Below are positions 51,375-60,632 of a DNA stretch of 64,000 nucleotides, in pieces. The number at the start of each line of letters is the position of its first letter. Within the stretch, counting starts at the first letter, position 1. Source of the DNA: a candidate division FCPU426 bacterium (GTDB lineage Bacteria; Oederibacteriota; Muellerivitia; Muellerivitales; Muellerivitaceae); contig CAVTWJ010000010.1 in NCBI GenBank assembly GCA_963738405.1, forward strand, positions 1 through 64,000, in the 5' to 3' direction. The position numbers and the translations under genes are program-made. Below the pieces are notes generated by a model, which ran no database searches, was not told where the DNA came from, and worked only from the letters and a program-made list of their open reading frames with translations.

Positions 51375-52469
51375 TTGAAAATAGGTATTGTGGGTCTGCC
51401 CAACGTCGGCAAATCGACTCTTTTTAACGCCATCACCAAGTCCAAGGCTCCCGCGGAAAATTATCCCTTTTGCACCATCGAGCCCAATGTGGGGGTCGTG
51501 ACGGTGCCGGATGATCGAATCGACCATTTGGCCGAGATGGAAAAGAGCGGCAAGAGGGTCCCCGCCATTGTTGAGTTCGTGGATATCGCCGGGCTTGTCA
51601 AGGGCGCCGCCCAGGGCGAGGGCCTGGGGAACAAATTTCTCTCCCATATACGCGAAGTCGACGCCATCGCCATGGTAGTGCGATGCTTTGAAGACGCCAA
51701 TATTGTTCACGTCGAAGGCTCCATTGATCCCGTTCGGGATATTGAAATTATTTTGACCGAACTGTGTCTGGCGGACCTGGAAACGGTAGAAAAACGCCTG
51801 CAGAGAACGGAAAAGGGTAAAAAGGCCGGGGATAAGGAAGCCGTCGCCGAATGGGACCTATTTCAATCGGTTAAGAATATTCTCCAAGAAGGCAAGCCTG
51901 CTATTACGCTTACGGCTTCTCCCGAGGAAGAAAAAAAGTTAAAAGAATTAAGCCTTTTGACTCGAAAGCCTTTCCTTTATGTCGGCAATGTCGCAGAGGG
52001 TGACTTGATGGATGTTTCGAAGAATAAGCCGTTTGAGGCCCTTCAAAAGTACGCTGCCAGCCACCAGGCTTCCTGCCTCCCCATTTCAGCCAAAATTGAA
52101 TCCGAGGTGGCCGAATTGCCTGAGGAAGAGGCGGTTCAATTTTTGGCGGATTTGGGAATCAAGGAAAGAGGGCTTCACGCCATCATCCGCAAATCCTATG
52201 AGACTTTGGGGCTTATTTCCTTCTTCACCGCCGGACCCATGGAATCCAAGGCCTGGACCATCACCAAGGGCACTCTGGCGCCCCAAGCGGCTGGAAAGAT
52301 TCACTCGGAAATCGAGAGAGGCTTCATCAAGGCTGAGGTTTATTCTTATGAGGACCTTATCGCGGCGGGAACGTCCGTTAAGGCCAAGGAAGCGGGCAAA
52401 CTCCGAACCGAGGGCAAGGAATATGTCATGAAAGACGGGGATGTGGTGCATTTCAGGTTCAACGTTTAG
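51375..52469 (+). CDS. ychF: Redox-regulated ATPase YchF
   Basis: [35 protein letters not shown]. Confidence 0.97.
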   Translation: MKIGIVGLPNVGKSTLFNAITKSKAPAENYPFCTIEPNVGVVTVPDDRIDHLAEMEKSGKRVPAIVEFVDIAGLVKGAAQGEGLGNKFLSHIREVDAIAMVVRCFEDANIVHVEGSIDPVRDIEIILTELCLADLETVEKRLQRTEKGKKAGDKEAVAEWDLFQSVKNILQEGKPAITLTASPEEEKKLKELSLLTRKPFLYVGNVAEGDLMDVSKNKPFEALQKYAASHQASCLPISAKIESEVAELPEEEAVQFLADLGIKERGLHAIIRKSYETLGLISFFTAGPMESKAWTITKGTLAPQAAGKIHSEIERGFIKAEVYSYEDLIAAGTSVKAKEAGKLRTEGKEYVMKDGDVVHFRFNV

Positions 52470-52471
52470 GG

Positions 52472-52987
52472 GTGAAAATGAAAAAAATCCTTTTGGCCGT
52501 TGTCTTATTCGCTTTCGTTTCCAGTGCGCGCGCGGGAAACGACGCTTTGTCCCAGGCGAGTTCCGCGCCGCTGGGCGAGCGGGTGGCCAATTATTTGCAA
52601 ACGATGATGATGGTTAAGACTGCTATTTGGGAACAGAACCGCCCTGTGGACATGGATTACCGAGAGGAAATCCATATGGCGGTCAGCTACGAGCCTTCTG
52701 AAAAACTGATCGGCGTGTCCGTGATCGGCGTCCAGGATGATTCGAATTATGTAAAATCTCTTTTGGAGAGAATTCGCAAAACCATGCTTTCCTTCGATAA
52801 AAAGCTAAAGAACGATTATGGGGTCGAATTGACAGAGTCCGATTTTTCACTGGCTTACCTGAATGTCCGGTCCGGAAAAATCATCCTTCGGTTGAAGGAA
52901 ACGGAAGTGGGTGAACCGACACCCTCTGTAACTCCGGAAGCGGAGCCTCCCCAGACTCCCAACGCGTCGGCACCCCAGACCCCGTGA
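52472..52987 (+). CDS. Secreted hypothetical protein (tandem paralog A)
   Basis: Signal peptide; GERVANYLQ shared with the next gene. Confidence 0.7.
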   Translation: MKMKKILLAVVLFAFVSSARAGNDALSQASSAPLGERVANYLQTMMMVKTAIWEQNRPVDMDYREEIHMAVSYEPSEKLIGVSVIGVQDDSNYVKSLLERIRKTMLSFDKKLKNDYGVELTESDFSLAYLNVRSGKIILRLKETEVGEPTPSVTPEAEPPQTPNASAPQTP

Positions 52988-53493
52988 AAACTTTTAAATT
53001 TTTCTTGTTGGCGGGGGTGTTTCTCGCGATCGGAATGGCCCGCGCCGCCAATGACGATTTGGGTGCGTCGGACAGCGTTCCCGTCGGCGAAAGGGTGGCC
53101 AATTATCTTCAAATGATGGTGACGGCCACTACACAAGCCATGCCCTTGAAGCCCAAGGCCAAATACCCAAATCAGGAACAGGAGCCCATCCGGGCCGTCA
53201 TTATCTATAACCCGGATGAGGAAAGGCTGGATGTGACGCTGGTAGGAAGCTTGGAAAACACGGAAGCTGTAAAAGAAGATTTCGCTTTCATGCGCAGGTT
53301 GATTTTGGGTTTTAATAAGAAGTTGGACTATTACTACGAGGTCACGCTCTCGGATGATGATATCAACCTCGAATACCATAACGTTCCCAAGAACAAAACC
53401 ATCCTCAAGTATGAAAACGGCCTCTATACAACCCCCGAAAAGGGCAAAGAGGATGAAAAGAAAACCCCTGAAATTTCCGGTGAAAGACCTTAA
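52984..53493 (+). CDS. Secreted hypothetical protein (tandem paralog B)
   Basis: Signal peptide, GERVANYLQ, GTGA overlap. Confidence 0.7.
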   Translation: MKTFKFFLLAGVFLAIGMARAANDDLGASDSVPVGERVANYLQMMVTATTQAMPLKPKAKYPNQEQEPIRAVIIYNPDEERLDVTLVGSLENTEAVKEDFAFMRRLILGFNKKLDYYYEVTLSDDDINLEYHNVPKNKTILKYENGLYTTPEKGKEDEKKTPEISGERP

Positions 53494-54175
53494 CTCCCTG
53501 CTGGGACGGTCCCTTATTCTTCTTGGCCTTCTTTTATCGCCTTACGTAGTACATTCCCAACAGCCCTCTATCGAGGCTTCTATGAAAAATTTGGCTACCA
53601 ATCCCCATTTTGTTGAAATCTCCCATTGGGAGGGCGTGACAGTCGATTTGAAATACGGTACTACGGACAATTTCACCCATAAGAACCTCTACGGCCCTTT
53701 TAAAAAATGCTATGTCCATAAAATCACCGCCGAAAAATTTAAGAAGGCAATCGAGTTTCTTCACGAAAACAATCCGGGTTACAAGTTCATCATCTTTGAC
53801 GCCCTCCGGCCCCGGTCGGTCCAGTGGAAACTCTGGAATGTGGTGAAGGGTACATCCCGGCAGAAATACGTGGCCGACCCCGAAAAGGGGTCCATGCACA
53901 ACTACGGCTTCGCCATGGACATCGGGCTTTTGGACCCAAAGGGGAAGCTGGTCGACATGGGGGCGCCCTTTGACGGGTTCACGCCCCTTTCCGAACCCCA
54001 GTTGGAAAGCCGCCTGCTCAAAGAGGGCAAACTCACCCAAAGGCAAATCGACCATCGGATGATTTTAAGGAAGGCCATGGTGTGGGCGGGTTTCCGCCAA
54101 CTGCGCCACGAATGGTGGCACTACGATGCCCTGACCGAAGAGCAGGTAAGGGGAAAGTACGAGATTGTGGAATAG
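53480..54175 (+). CDS. D-alanyl-D-alanine dipeptidase (peptidase M15D, VanX/DdpX-like)
   Basis: DLKYGTTDNF, DALRP, SMHNYGFAMD, EWWHY. Start uncertain. Confidence 0.9.
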   Translation: MKDLNSLLGRSLILLGLLLSPYVVHSQQPSIEASMKNLATNPHFVEISHWEGVTVDLKYGTTDNFTHKNLYGPFKKCYVHKITAEKFKKAIEFLHENNPGYKFIIFDALRPRSVQWKLWNVVKGTSRQKYVADPEKGSMHNYGFAMDIGLLDPKGKLVDMGAPFDGFTPLSEPQLESRLLKEGKLTQRQIDHRMILRKAMVWAGFRQLRHEWWHYDALTEEQVRGKYEIVE

Positions 54176-54179
54176 AGTT

Positions 54180-56156
54180 TTAATGGCTGCTTGAGGGTTT
54201 TAAATCGTAAAGCTGAAGAATGATCCTGCCGGGTTGGTTCTTGAAGCCTCTCAAAATCGCCTTATGAGTAAAGGTTTTTGGATGTGGCGTTGGTCCCTCC
54301 CAAAGGGCTGAGTCCACCCTCTTTCCGTGCTTCTCCACCCACTTGGCGATCTCACTTTTTTTACCAGTCGTTTGGGGCAATAGGATGTAACGAAGTTTCC
54401 CTTCCCCCACCCTTTGCGCGAATTCATCCCTCGATAGGATTGGTTCCTTGCCCGTGTAACCGCCAACAGCCACCGCAGGTTCACAGGTTTGGATAATGAT
54501 GGGCGCGACCGTCTGGCAGTTAAGGGCCGCGACAAGATAAGTTTCATTCTTGCGGTGGGTTTTTAAGAAGGCTATGAGTTTGGGGAGATTAAAATCCGGT
54601 TCGTTGCTTTGGATTGTCGCCAAACTCTTGTCGCTGGTTAAAAGCCAAGGGCCGGCTATCACCGATGACGCCGAGCCTAATACTGGTGTTAAAGCCCAGA
54701 ATGCGGGGCAAATGAGTAGGGTCAATATCCCCAAACCGAAAGCGGCAACTTGGAATCGGCTGATAATAAGTCCCCCCAGTGATAAAGCCGTCCCGATTAA
54801 AAGGATCGGACAAAGCTGGGACGTCCAATCGGGATATTGGGAAAGGATAAAGGCCTGCCAGAGTGCAGTCGAACATAGGGCCAGAAGCAACGGCGCGCGG
54901 AAACCTTTTAAATAATCTTCCCATAAAGCTTTGGCCCCAACGCCCGTTAGGGCGGCCAAGGCCGGAACCAGCACCACCAGGTAATAGGGATGGACTTTCC
55001 CCCTCATGAAGCTGAAAACCGCCCCATAAAAGAACAGCCAGCCCAGCCAAAAGATCAGGAATGAATGTGGGGCAGATAGGGGAAAGGTTAATCGGGTGCG
55101 TCGTGCTTCGGCCCATAAACCCATAAGGGCTAGGGGCAGAAACCAGGCCATCTGCCCCGGCATATCCTTCAAGGCCAACCGAAAAAGCCCCGGTGTACCG
55201 CTGTTCAAGCCGCTCCAGTGGCGGGAAAGGGGTGGACGCGATGTGGAAACTTTTGAATCTTCTGAAGATGAATCTTTGAATTGAGCGTCGCCATTTCGAG
55301 AGATGGTTCTCCCGGAATTCCCTGAAATATCAGGCCTGTTTCGGGTTACCAACCTTTGAAACCCATTCCAGCCTAGGGAAAGGCCCATTTCGGAATTATC
55401 CAGGGTGCTTCCCACGAAGGGCCTCTGAGCGGCAGGGGTCAAGTCCACGGCGAAAGGCCAGGAAAAGGATACGGCCAATAGAATGAGAGTGCCGATGGTA
55501 AGGTCACTCCATTTGCGAAACCGGGAGAGGGAGGGACCGGCTAGGTAAACAAAATAAAAGACGGGAAGAACAACAAAAGCCGCCATCATCTTGGTATTGA
55601 ACCCAACTCCGACCAATGCCAGGGACAGGTAAAGAAGTTTTCGGTTTCCAGTTTCGATGGAACGGATGAGGGCCCAAGCTGCCAGGACCAGTATTAAGAC
55701 CAGGCAGGAATCGGTGTAGTTGTAGCGGTCTACCGCGACGCTCACAGGGGAAAGGGCTATGGCCAAGGCCGAAAACAGGGCGGCCCAAACGCCGAAACGG
55801 CTCCGGACGAGAAGGTAAATCACAACTAGGGTGCAGAGTCCTTCCAAAACCTGGGGAAGGATGAGGGAAAAGCCGCTGTAACCCAGAATTTTAGCGAAGG
55901 CGGTTTGAATCCAAAAGGCGACGGGGGGTTTATCGATACTTAAAAATCCAGCCGGATCAAAGGACGCGAAGAAGAAATTGTGCCAGTTCATGGTCATGCT
56001 TCGTACGGCCGCGGCGTAATAGAAGTTGCCGGTTCCGTTTTTATCCAGGTCCCATAGGCGTAGACTGGCACCCAACAGAAGAATGGAGGCGAAACCTATT
56101 GGCTCCAAAAATTTAGAAGGGAATATGTTTAGCGAATGGGAGGATGTTGGTTTCAT
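54180..56156 (-). CDS. ArnT/PMT-family (GT-C) glycosyltransferase
   Basis: NFYYAAAVRSM, IDKPP, GFNTKM, HPYY, many TMs. Confidence 0.85.
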   Translation of the reverse strand: MKPTSSHSLNIFPSKFLEPIGFASILLLGASLRLWDLDKNGTGNFYYAAAVRSMTMNWHNFFFASFDPAGFLSIDKPPVAFWIQTAFAKILGYSGFSLILPQVLEGLCTLVVIYLLVRSRFGVWAALFSALAIALSPVSVAVDRYNYTDSCLVLILVLAAWALIRSIETGNRKLLYLSLALVGVGFNTKMMAAFVVLPVFYFVYLAGPSLSRFRKWSDLTIGTLILLAVSFSWPFAVDLTPAAQRPFVGSTLDNSEMGLSLGWNGFQRLVTRNRPDISGNSGRTISRNGDAQFKDSSSEDSKVSTSRPPLSRHWSGLNSGTPGLFRLALKDMPGQMAWFLPLALMGLWAEARRTRLTFPLSAPHSFLIFWLGWLFFYGAVFSFMRGKVHPYYLVVLVPALAALTGVGAKALWEDYLKGFRAPLLLALCSTALWQAFILSQYPDWTSQLCPILLIGTALSLGGLIISRFQVAAFGLGILTLLICPAFWALTPVLGSASSVIAGPWLLTSDKSLATIQSNEPDFNLPKLIAFLKTHRKNETYLVAALNCQTVAPIIIQTCEPAVAVGGYTGKEPILSRDEFAQRVGEGKLRYILLPQTTGKKSEIAKWVEKHGKRVDSALWEGPTPHPKTFTHKAILRGFKNQPGRIILQLYDLKPSSSH

Positions 56157-56239
56157 AGGAGTCTGGACAGAACAAGGTGTTTGCCCGGCTCAAGAGTAAT
56201 AAAAAGATAAGCCGGGATGGAGATGAGATTTAGGATGAT

Positions 56240-56560
56240 TTAAGCACGTATATCGATGCGTTTAGAGAGGGCTTCACCAAAGCCGGAGGGGCTGTCGTCC
56301 TCTTGTAAGGTCCCGTCTTTGTTGTATCGCTGAAGCCGCAAATCCTTGGGCTGGTCCTTCTTGTCCGTTTTACCGTCTGTTGAAATTTCACGAACGGTTT
56401 TGTCTTTCATTTCTTCGACTTTTTGGAGTTCAGCCAGTTCTTCCTCGGCTTGGGCGCGGGCCCTTTCGGCCTGGCGGTTTTTATTGGCTTCCGCTACCTG
56501 CTGGGCCAACATGGCGTTTTGAGCCTGGATTCTAAGAAAATCGTTTTGGATGTTCTTCAT
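56240..56560 (-). CDS. Hypothetical coiled-coil protein
   Basis: 106-aa charged ORF downstream of nth. Confidence 0.6.
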   Translation of the reverse strand: MKNIQNDFLRIQAQNAMLAQQVAEANKNRQAERARAQAEEELAELQKVEEMKDKTVREISTDGKTDKKDQPKDLRLQRYNKDGTLQEDDSPSGFGEALSKRIDIRA

Positions 56561-56580
56561 TGGCTCGATTCCTTAACTGA

Positions 56581-57219
56581 TTACAAATACATTTTAGAAG
56601 AGGGGCAAATCTTTGCCAAGGTACAGATACTACAGAGGGGTTTGCGGGCATCACAAACCTTGCGGCCATGCTGGATGAGACGATGTGATATCGTCAACCA
56701 TTCCTCTTTCGGCACGATTTTCACCAAATCCCGCTCAATTTTTACGGCATCCTGGTGCTTGGTCCACCCCAGGCGGTTGCTAAGCCGGGTCACGTGGGTA
56801 TCAACCGTGATTCCAACCGAAATGCCATAGACTTCCCCTAAAACCACATTGGCAGTTTTTCGCCCCACGCCGGGAATCAAGATGAGTTCTTCCATGGTTT
56901 TAGGGAGGTTCCCTCCGTGATGGGCCAAAAGGGCCTGGGCGCAGCCGATCAGATTTTTCGCCTTGTTCTTATAAAAACCAGTTGAATGGATGATTTTTTC
57001 CACGTCCTTCTGTTTCGCGGGAGCGAGTTTTTCGGGAGTGGGGAAGACCTTGAATAGCTCAGGCGTGACAATATTGACCCGCTCGTCGGTGCATTGAGCG
57101 GAAAGAATGACAGAGCAGAGCAACTGAAAAGGCGTTTTGTAATGTAGGAAACAGCGAACATCGGGATAGAGGCGTTTGAGCTCTTTGAGGACTCTGAGAA
57201 AATTTGAATTTGAAGCCAT
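56581..57219 (-). CDS. nth: Endonuclease III
   Basis: ILSAQCTD, IPGVGRKTANV, VDTHV, C-x6-C-x2-C-x5-C. Confidence 0.95.
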   Translation of the reverse strand: MASNSNFLRVLKELKRLYPDVRCFLHYKTPFQLLCSVILSAQCTDERVNIVTPELFKVFPTPEKLAPAKQKDVEKIIHSTGFYKNKAKNLIGCAQALLAHHGGNLPKTMEELILIPGVGRKTANVVLGEVYGISVGITVDTHVTRLSNRLGWTKHQDAVKIERDLVKIVPKEEWLTISHRLIQHGRKVCDARKPLCSICTLAKICPSSKMYL

Positions 57220-57325
57220 TGAGTTCCTTATGTTTTTGTCCGGTGGCCTTGTTACCCTTTTGGGCGGTTCCTATAATGACGCCCGCTCACCTTAACTTCC
57301 TCACAATAAGGACTACCCAAAGCCT

Positions 57326-58308
57326 ATGTCCATCATCGAAGTCGAGAATCTTTCGAAAATCTACCGAACAAGCAAGAAAAAGCCTGGAATCGGCGGGGCC
57401 ATTGAGGCCATGTTCAAGCGAGAATTCACCGAGGTTCGGGCGGTGGATGGAGTTTCCTTCACGATTGAGGAAGGCGAATTAGTTGGCTTTTTAGGGCCCA
57501 ATGGTGCGGGCAAGACTACAACGCTCAAGATGCTCTCCGGCATCCTTTATCCCACCACTGGAAGCGCGAAGGTGATGGGGTTCGTTCCCTCGGAGCGTAA
57601 AAATGAATACCGCCGCCAGTTCGCCCTGGTGATGGGCCAAAAGAACCAGCTTTGGTGGGATTTGCCGGCGCAGGAATCTCTCTACCTCAATAAAGAAATC
57701 TACGGTGTTGAGGACGAAGCTTACAAGCTGGTTCTTGATGAAATGACGGAGCTTACTACAGGTCAAAAAGCTTTTGGGAATCATGGTTCGCGAACTTTCA
57801 CTCGGGCGAGCGCATGAAGTTTGAGCTGATCGCGTCCCTTTTGCATCGCCCCCGTGTTCTGTTTCTGGACGAGCCAACTATCGGTCTGGACGTTGTGGCG
57901 CAAAAGAACATCCGGGAATTTATTAAAGAATATAACCGTAAGACCAAGACCACCATACTTCTGACCAGCCATTACATGAACGACATTCAGGCCCTGTGCG
58001 ACCGGGTGGTAGTGATCAATACCGGAAAGAAGATATTTGACGGCAGGCTGGATGAGGTGGTGGAGCGTTTTTCGCAGTTCAAGCTGATTACCGTGACGTT
58101 CGAGGATGGGGGAGTCTCTAAAGAACAACTGGAAGCTTTCGGCCAAGTGCAGGAACATTCACGGCATAAGGCGGTTTTAAGGGTGGCCAGGGAGTCGGTC
58201 AAAAAGGCTTCCAACGAACTTCTCAATCATTTTGATGTGGACGACATCAATATTGAGGAAGTTCCCATCGAGGAAGTGATTGAGAAAGTTTTCAAGATTG
58301 GCAGTTAA
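57326..58308 (+). pseudogene. ABC transporter ATP-binding protein split by two +1 indels (possibly sequencing errors)
   Basis: Walker A GPNGAGKTT. Removing one base near 57753 and one near 57805 restores ...ELLQVKKLLGIMVRELSLGERMKFEL...LFLDEPT. Confidence 0.8.
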
Positions 58309-58336
58309 TAACATCCGTAGCATTTAGGAAGAACCA

Positions 58337-59191
58337 TTGAGCACAGAAGCCGCAATTATCAAAGCCCGCTCTCCTCTGCATAAATACTGGGTTATTTTGT
58401 CCACCCGTACCCAGGAAGATATGGCCTATCGTTCTAATTACATCGTGGGTGTTGTTTTTCGTTTTCTTCCCCTGGTGACCACCATTTTCCTTTGGTACGC
58501 CATCTATCAAACCCGCAAGGCGGGGGGGGCGGCTCCCATCATTCGGGGCATGAGCTATGAGGATATGGTGGCCTATTACGCCCTGATGTACATCGCCAGG
58601 GGCTTTTCCAGTATGCCGGGGACCATGCGGGATATCAGCGTGGACATTAAAGACGGCCTTTTGAACCGCTATTTGACCCGGCCCATGGATTACCTTTGGT
58701 ACCAGGTCATGTACCGCTTGGCCCACAAGCTGGTCTTTTGGTACGTGGCCCTTTTTTCATTTCCACCCATTCTTTACCTGATGAGGGGCTATTTCACACA
58801 TTCCCCGACTCCCTGGGAATGGGCAGGTTTTGTGGTCTCGCTTTTCATCGCCTTCTGGATCGGCATGCTTTTTTGCTTCGTCATCGGCTCACTGGCCTTC
58901 TGGTTTCTTGAAATTTCCACTTTTCTCTTTGTGGTCATGACCATTGAGTTCTTTTTATCAGGCCATTTGATCCCTTTAAACCTTCTACCCCTATCCATTC
59001 AGTCCTGGGTTTCGAGTTCGCCTTTCGCTTACGAGGGATACTGGCCTTGTGTGATATTGATGGGCAAGGTACCTCAGGACCAACTGCTTCCTCTATTGGG
59101 AATGGGGTTTGTCTGGGTCGGCGTGTTTTACGCCGTAAGCCGTGTTCTTTGGAACATTGGGTTGAAACGCTATTCGGCGGTGGGCGGTTGA
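58337..59191 (+). CDS. ABC-2 family permease
   Basis: DIKDG...YLTRP, LSGHLIPL, KRYSAVGG. Confidence 0.85.
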   Translation: MSTEAAIIKARSPLHKYWVILSTRTQEDMAYRSNYIVGVVFRFLPLVTTIFLWYAIYQTRKAGGAAPIIRGMSYEDMVAYYALMYIARGFSSMPGTMRDISVDIKDGLLNRYLTRPMDYLWYQVMYRLAHKLVFWYVALFSFPPILYLMRGYFTHSPTPWEWAGFVVSLFIAFWIGMLFCFVIGSLAFWFLEISTFLFVVMTIEFFLSGHLIPLNLLPLSIQSWVSSSPFAYEGYWPCVILMGKVPQDQLLPLLGMGFVWVGVFYAVSRVLWNIGLKRYSAVGG

Positions 59192-59985
59192 AAGTCCTTC
59201 AAAGATATCTAAAGCTCACGCTTCTCATGATGAGGAACTGCCTGGTTCGGGAAATGCAGTTCAAGGTCAATTTTCTCGTAAGACTTTTCACCGAGGGCCT
59301 TTGGGTTTTGATGCAGTTGATCTATATCCAGGTCATGTACGGGCAGGCCCAGGACATCGGGGGATGGAACAAATGGGACATGGTCATATTGCTTGGAACC
59401 AACAACATCATCACTCAACTCTTCGAGGCCTTTTTTTACGACAACTGCATGCGCTTGACCGACCAGATTCGCCAGGGTGATTTGGATTTCAACCTGATCA
59501 AACCCATCAACAGCCAATTTTTGGTTTCTCTTCGCTACACCGATTACTCCTCGATCCTGACCAGTTTAGTGGGTTTTGCCATGATTGGATTCGGACTGCA
59601 CCGCCTGGGCATTGGAATAGGATTTGCCGAAGTCCTGCTTTTTCTGGCATTGGTGGTGAACAGCATCCTGATCTATTACGCGATGCTGTTTACCCTTTCG
59701 GTCTGGACCTTTTGGATCGGACGATCCAGCAACCTGTTGGAGCTTTATTGGCAGTTGGGACAGTTTTCGCGTTATCCCGGGGACATTTATCCCTGGCTTT
59801 TACGGCGGCTCTTGTTGACAGTTATCCCTATGTTGATTGTGTCGAATTTCCCCGCGGGAGTACTGATAAACAAGCTGGAAGGTGGATGGATTTACTATGG
59901 TTTCGCCATGGGGGCGGTCTTTTCCGCCTTTACGGTTTGGATTTGGCAGAGGGGATTAAAAAGATACCGAAGCGCCTCCTCATAA
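59188..59985 (+). CDS. ABC-2 family permease
   Basis: IRQGDLD...KPIN, RYPGDIY, GLKRYRSASS. TTG start overlaps the previous stop. Confidence 0.85.
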   Translation: MKVLQRYLKLTLLMMRNCLVREMQFKVNFLVRLFTEGLWVLMQLIYIQVMYGQAQDIGGWNKWDMVILLGTNNIITQLFEAFFYDNCMRLTDQIRQGDLDFNLIKPINSQFLVSLRYTDYSSILTSLVGFAMIGFGLHRLGIGIGFAEVLLFLALVVNSILIYYAMLFTLSVWTFWIGRSSNLLELYWQLGQFSRYPGDIYPWLLRRLLLTVIPMLIVSNFPAGVLINKLEGGWIYYGFAMGAVFSAFTVWIWQRGLKRYRSASS

Positions 59986-60015
59986 ATTTACGAGACCATT
60001 TAGTTCATGAACCGA

Positions 60016-60051
60016 TAAAAAAGCCCTGGAGAAATTTCTCCAGAGCTTTTG
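60016..60051. terminator. Bidirectional terminator-like hairpin
   Basis: AAAAGCCCTGGAGAAA / TTTCTCCAGAGCTTTT between convergent genes. Confidence 0.65.
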
Positions 60052-60071
60052 TGCTTCTTGGGGGAGGAAAT

Positions 60072-60467
60072 TTAGTTCTTAGTCCCGCCTGTCGCTGTCG
60101 CATCCGCTTTCGTATCTGCCAGTTCCAGGTAATTGACACCCTTGGTCTTGACGATGGTTCCGGTCAGCTCAATGGTTTGTCCCGCCTTGTCCTTGATGAC
60201 ATTCCGGGCCGATTCGAAGCTTGAGTTTACAGGCATGTAAAGATTGCCTTTCGAATCCATCAGCCCCAAATCCGTGCCTTTCATGGCGCAGGACATGGCG
60301 CAGGCCGCATGCTTGTCCCCGTGCCCGCCCCCGTCCCCCAGCGCCGCGTGATGAGCCATGCATTTCATGCAGACCACCTCATATTTTTGTGTGGTATCTT
60401 CTGCGAAAACACTTCCAGCCGCCAACAGCAGGCTGAGAACCGACCCTAAAACCAAAGATCTTTTCAT
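60072..60467 (-). CDS. Secreted Cys/His-rich hypothetical protein
   Basis: Signal peptide, CMKC, HH, HAACAMSC. Confidence 0.7.
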   Translation of the reverse strand: MKRSLVLGSVLSLLLAAGSVFAEDTTQKYEVVCMKCMAHHAALGDGGGHGDKHAACAMSCAMKGTDLGLMDSKGNLYMPVNSSFESARNVIKDKAGQTIELTGTIVKTKGVNYLELADTKADATATGGTKN

Positions 60468-60632
60468 TCATTTCCTCCCCAGTTGATTTACAGTCCCCCC
60501 CGAACAGGGCCGTTCTTATATATGACCTGATTGGGAGGAAAGTTACCAGTCCCCCGGCAAAAGAGATTCAAGACAAGGTCTATTTTCGAAATCCCTTTGC
60601 CCAGCGGGGCTTTCCTCCCCTAGAATACGCCC

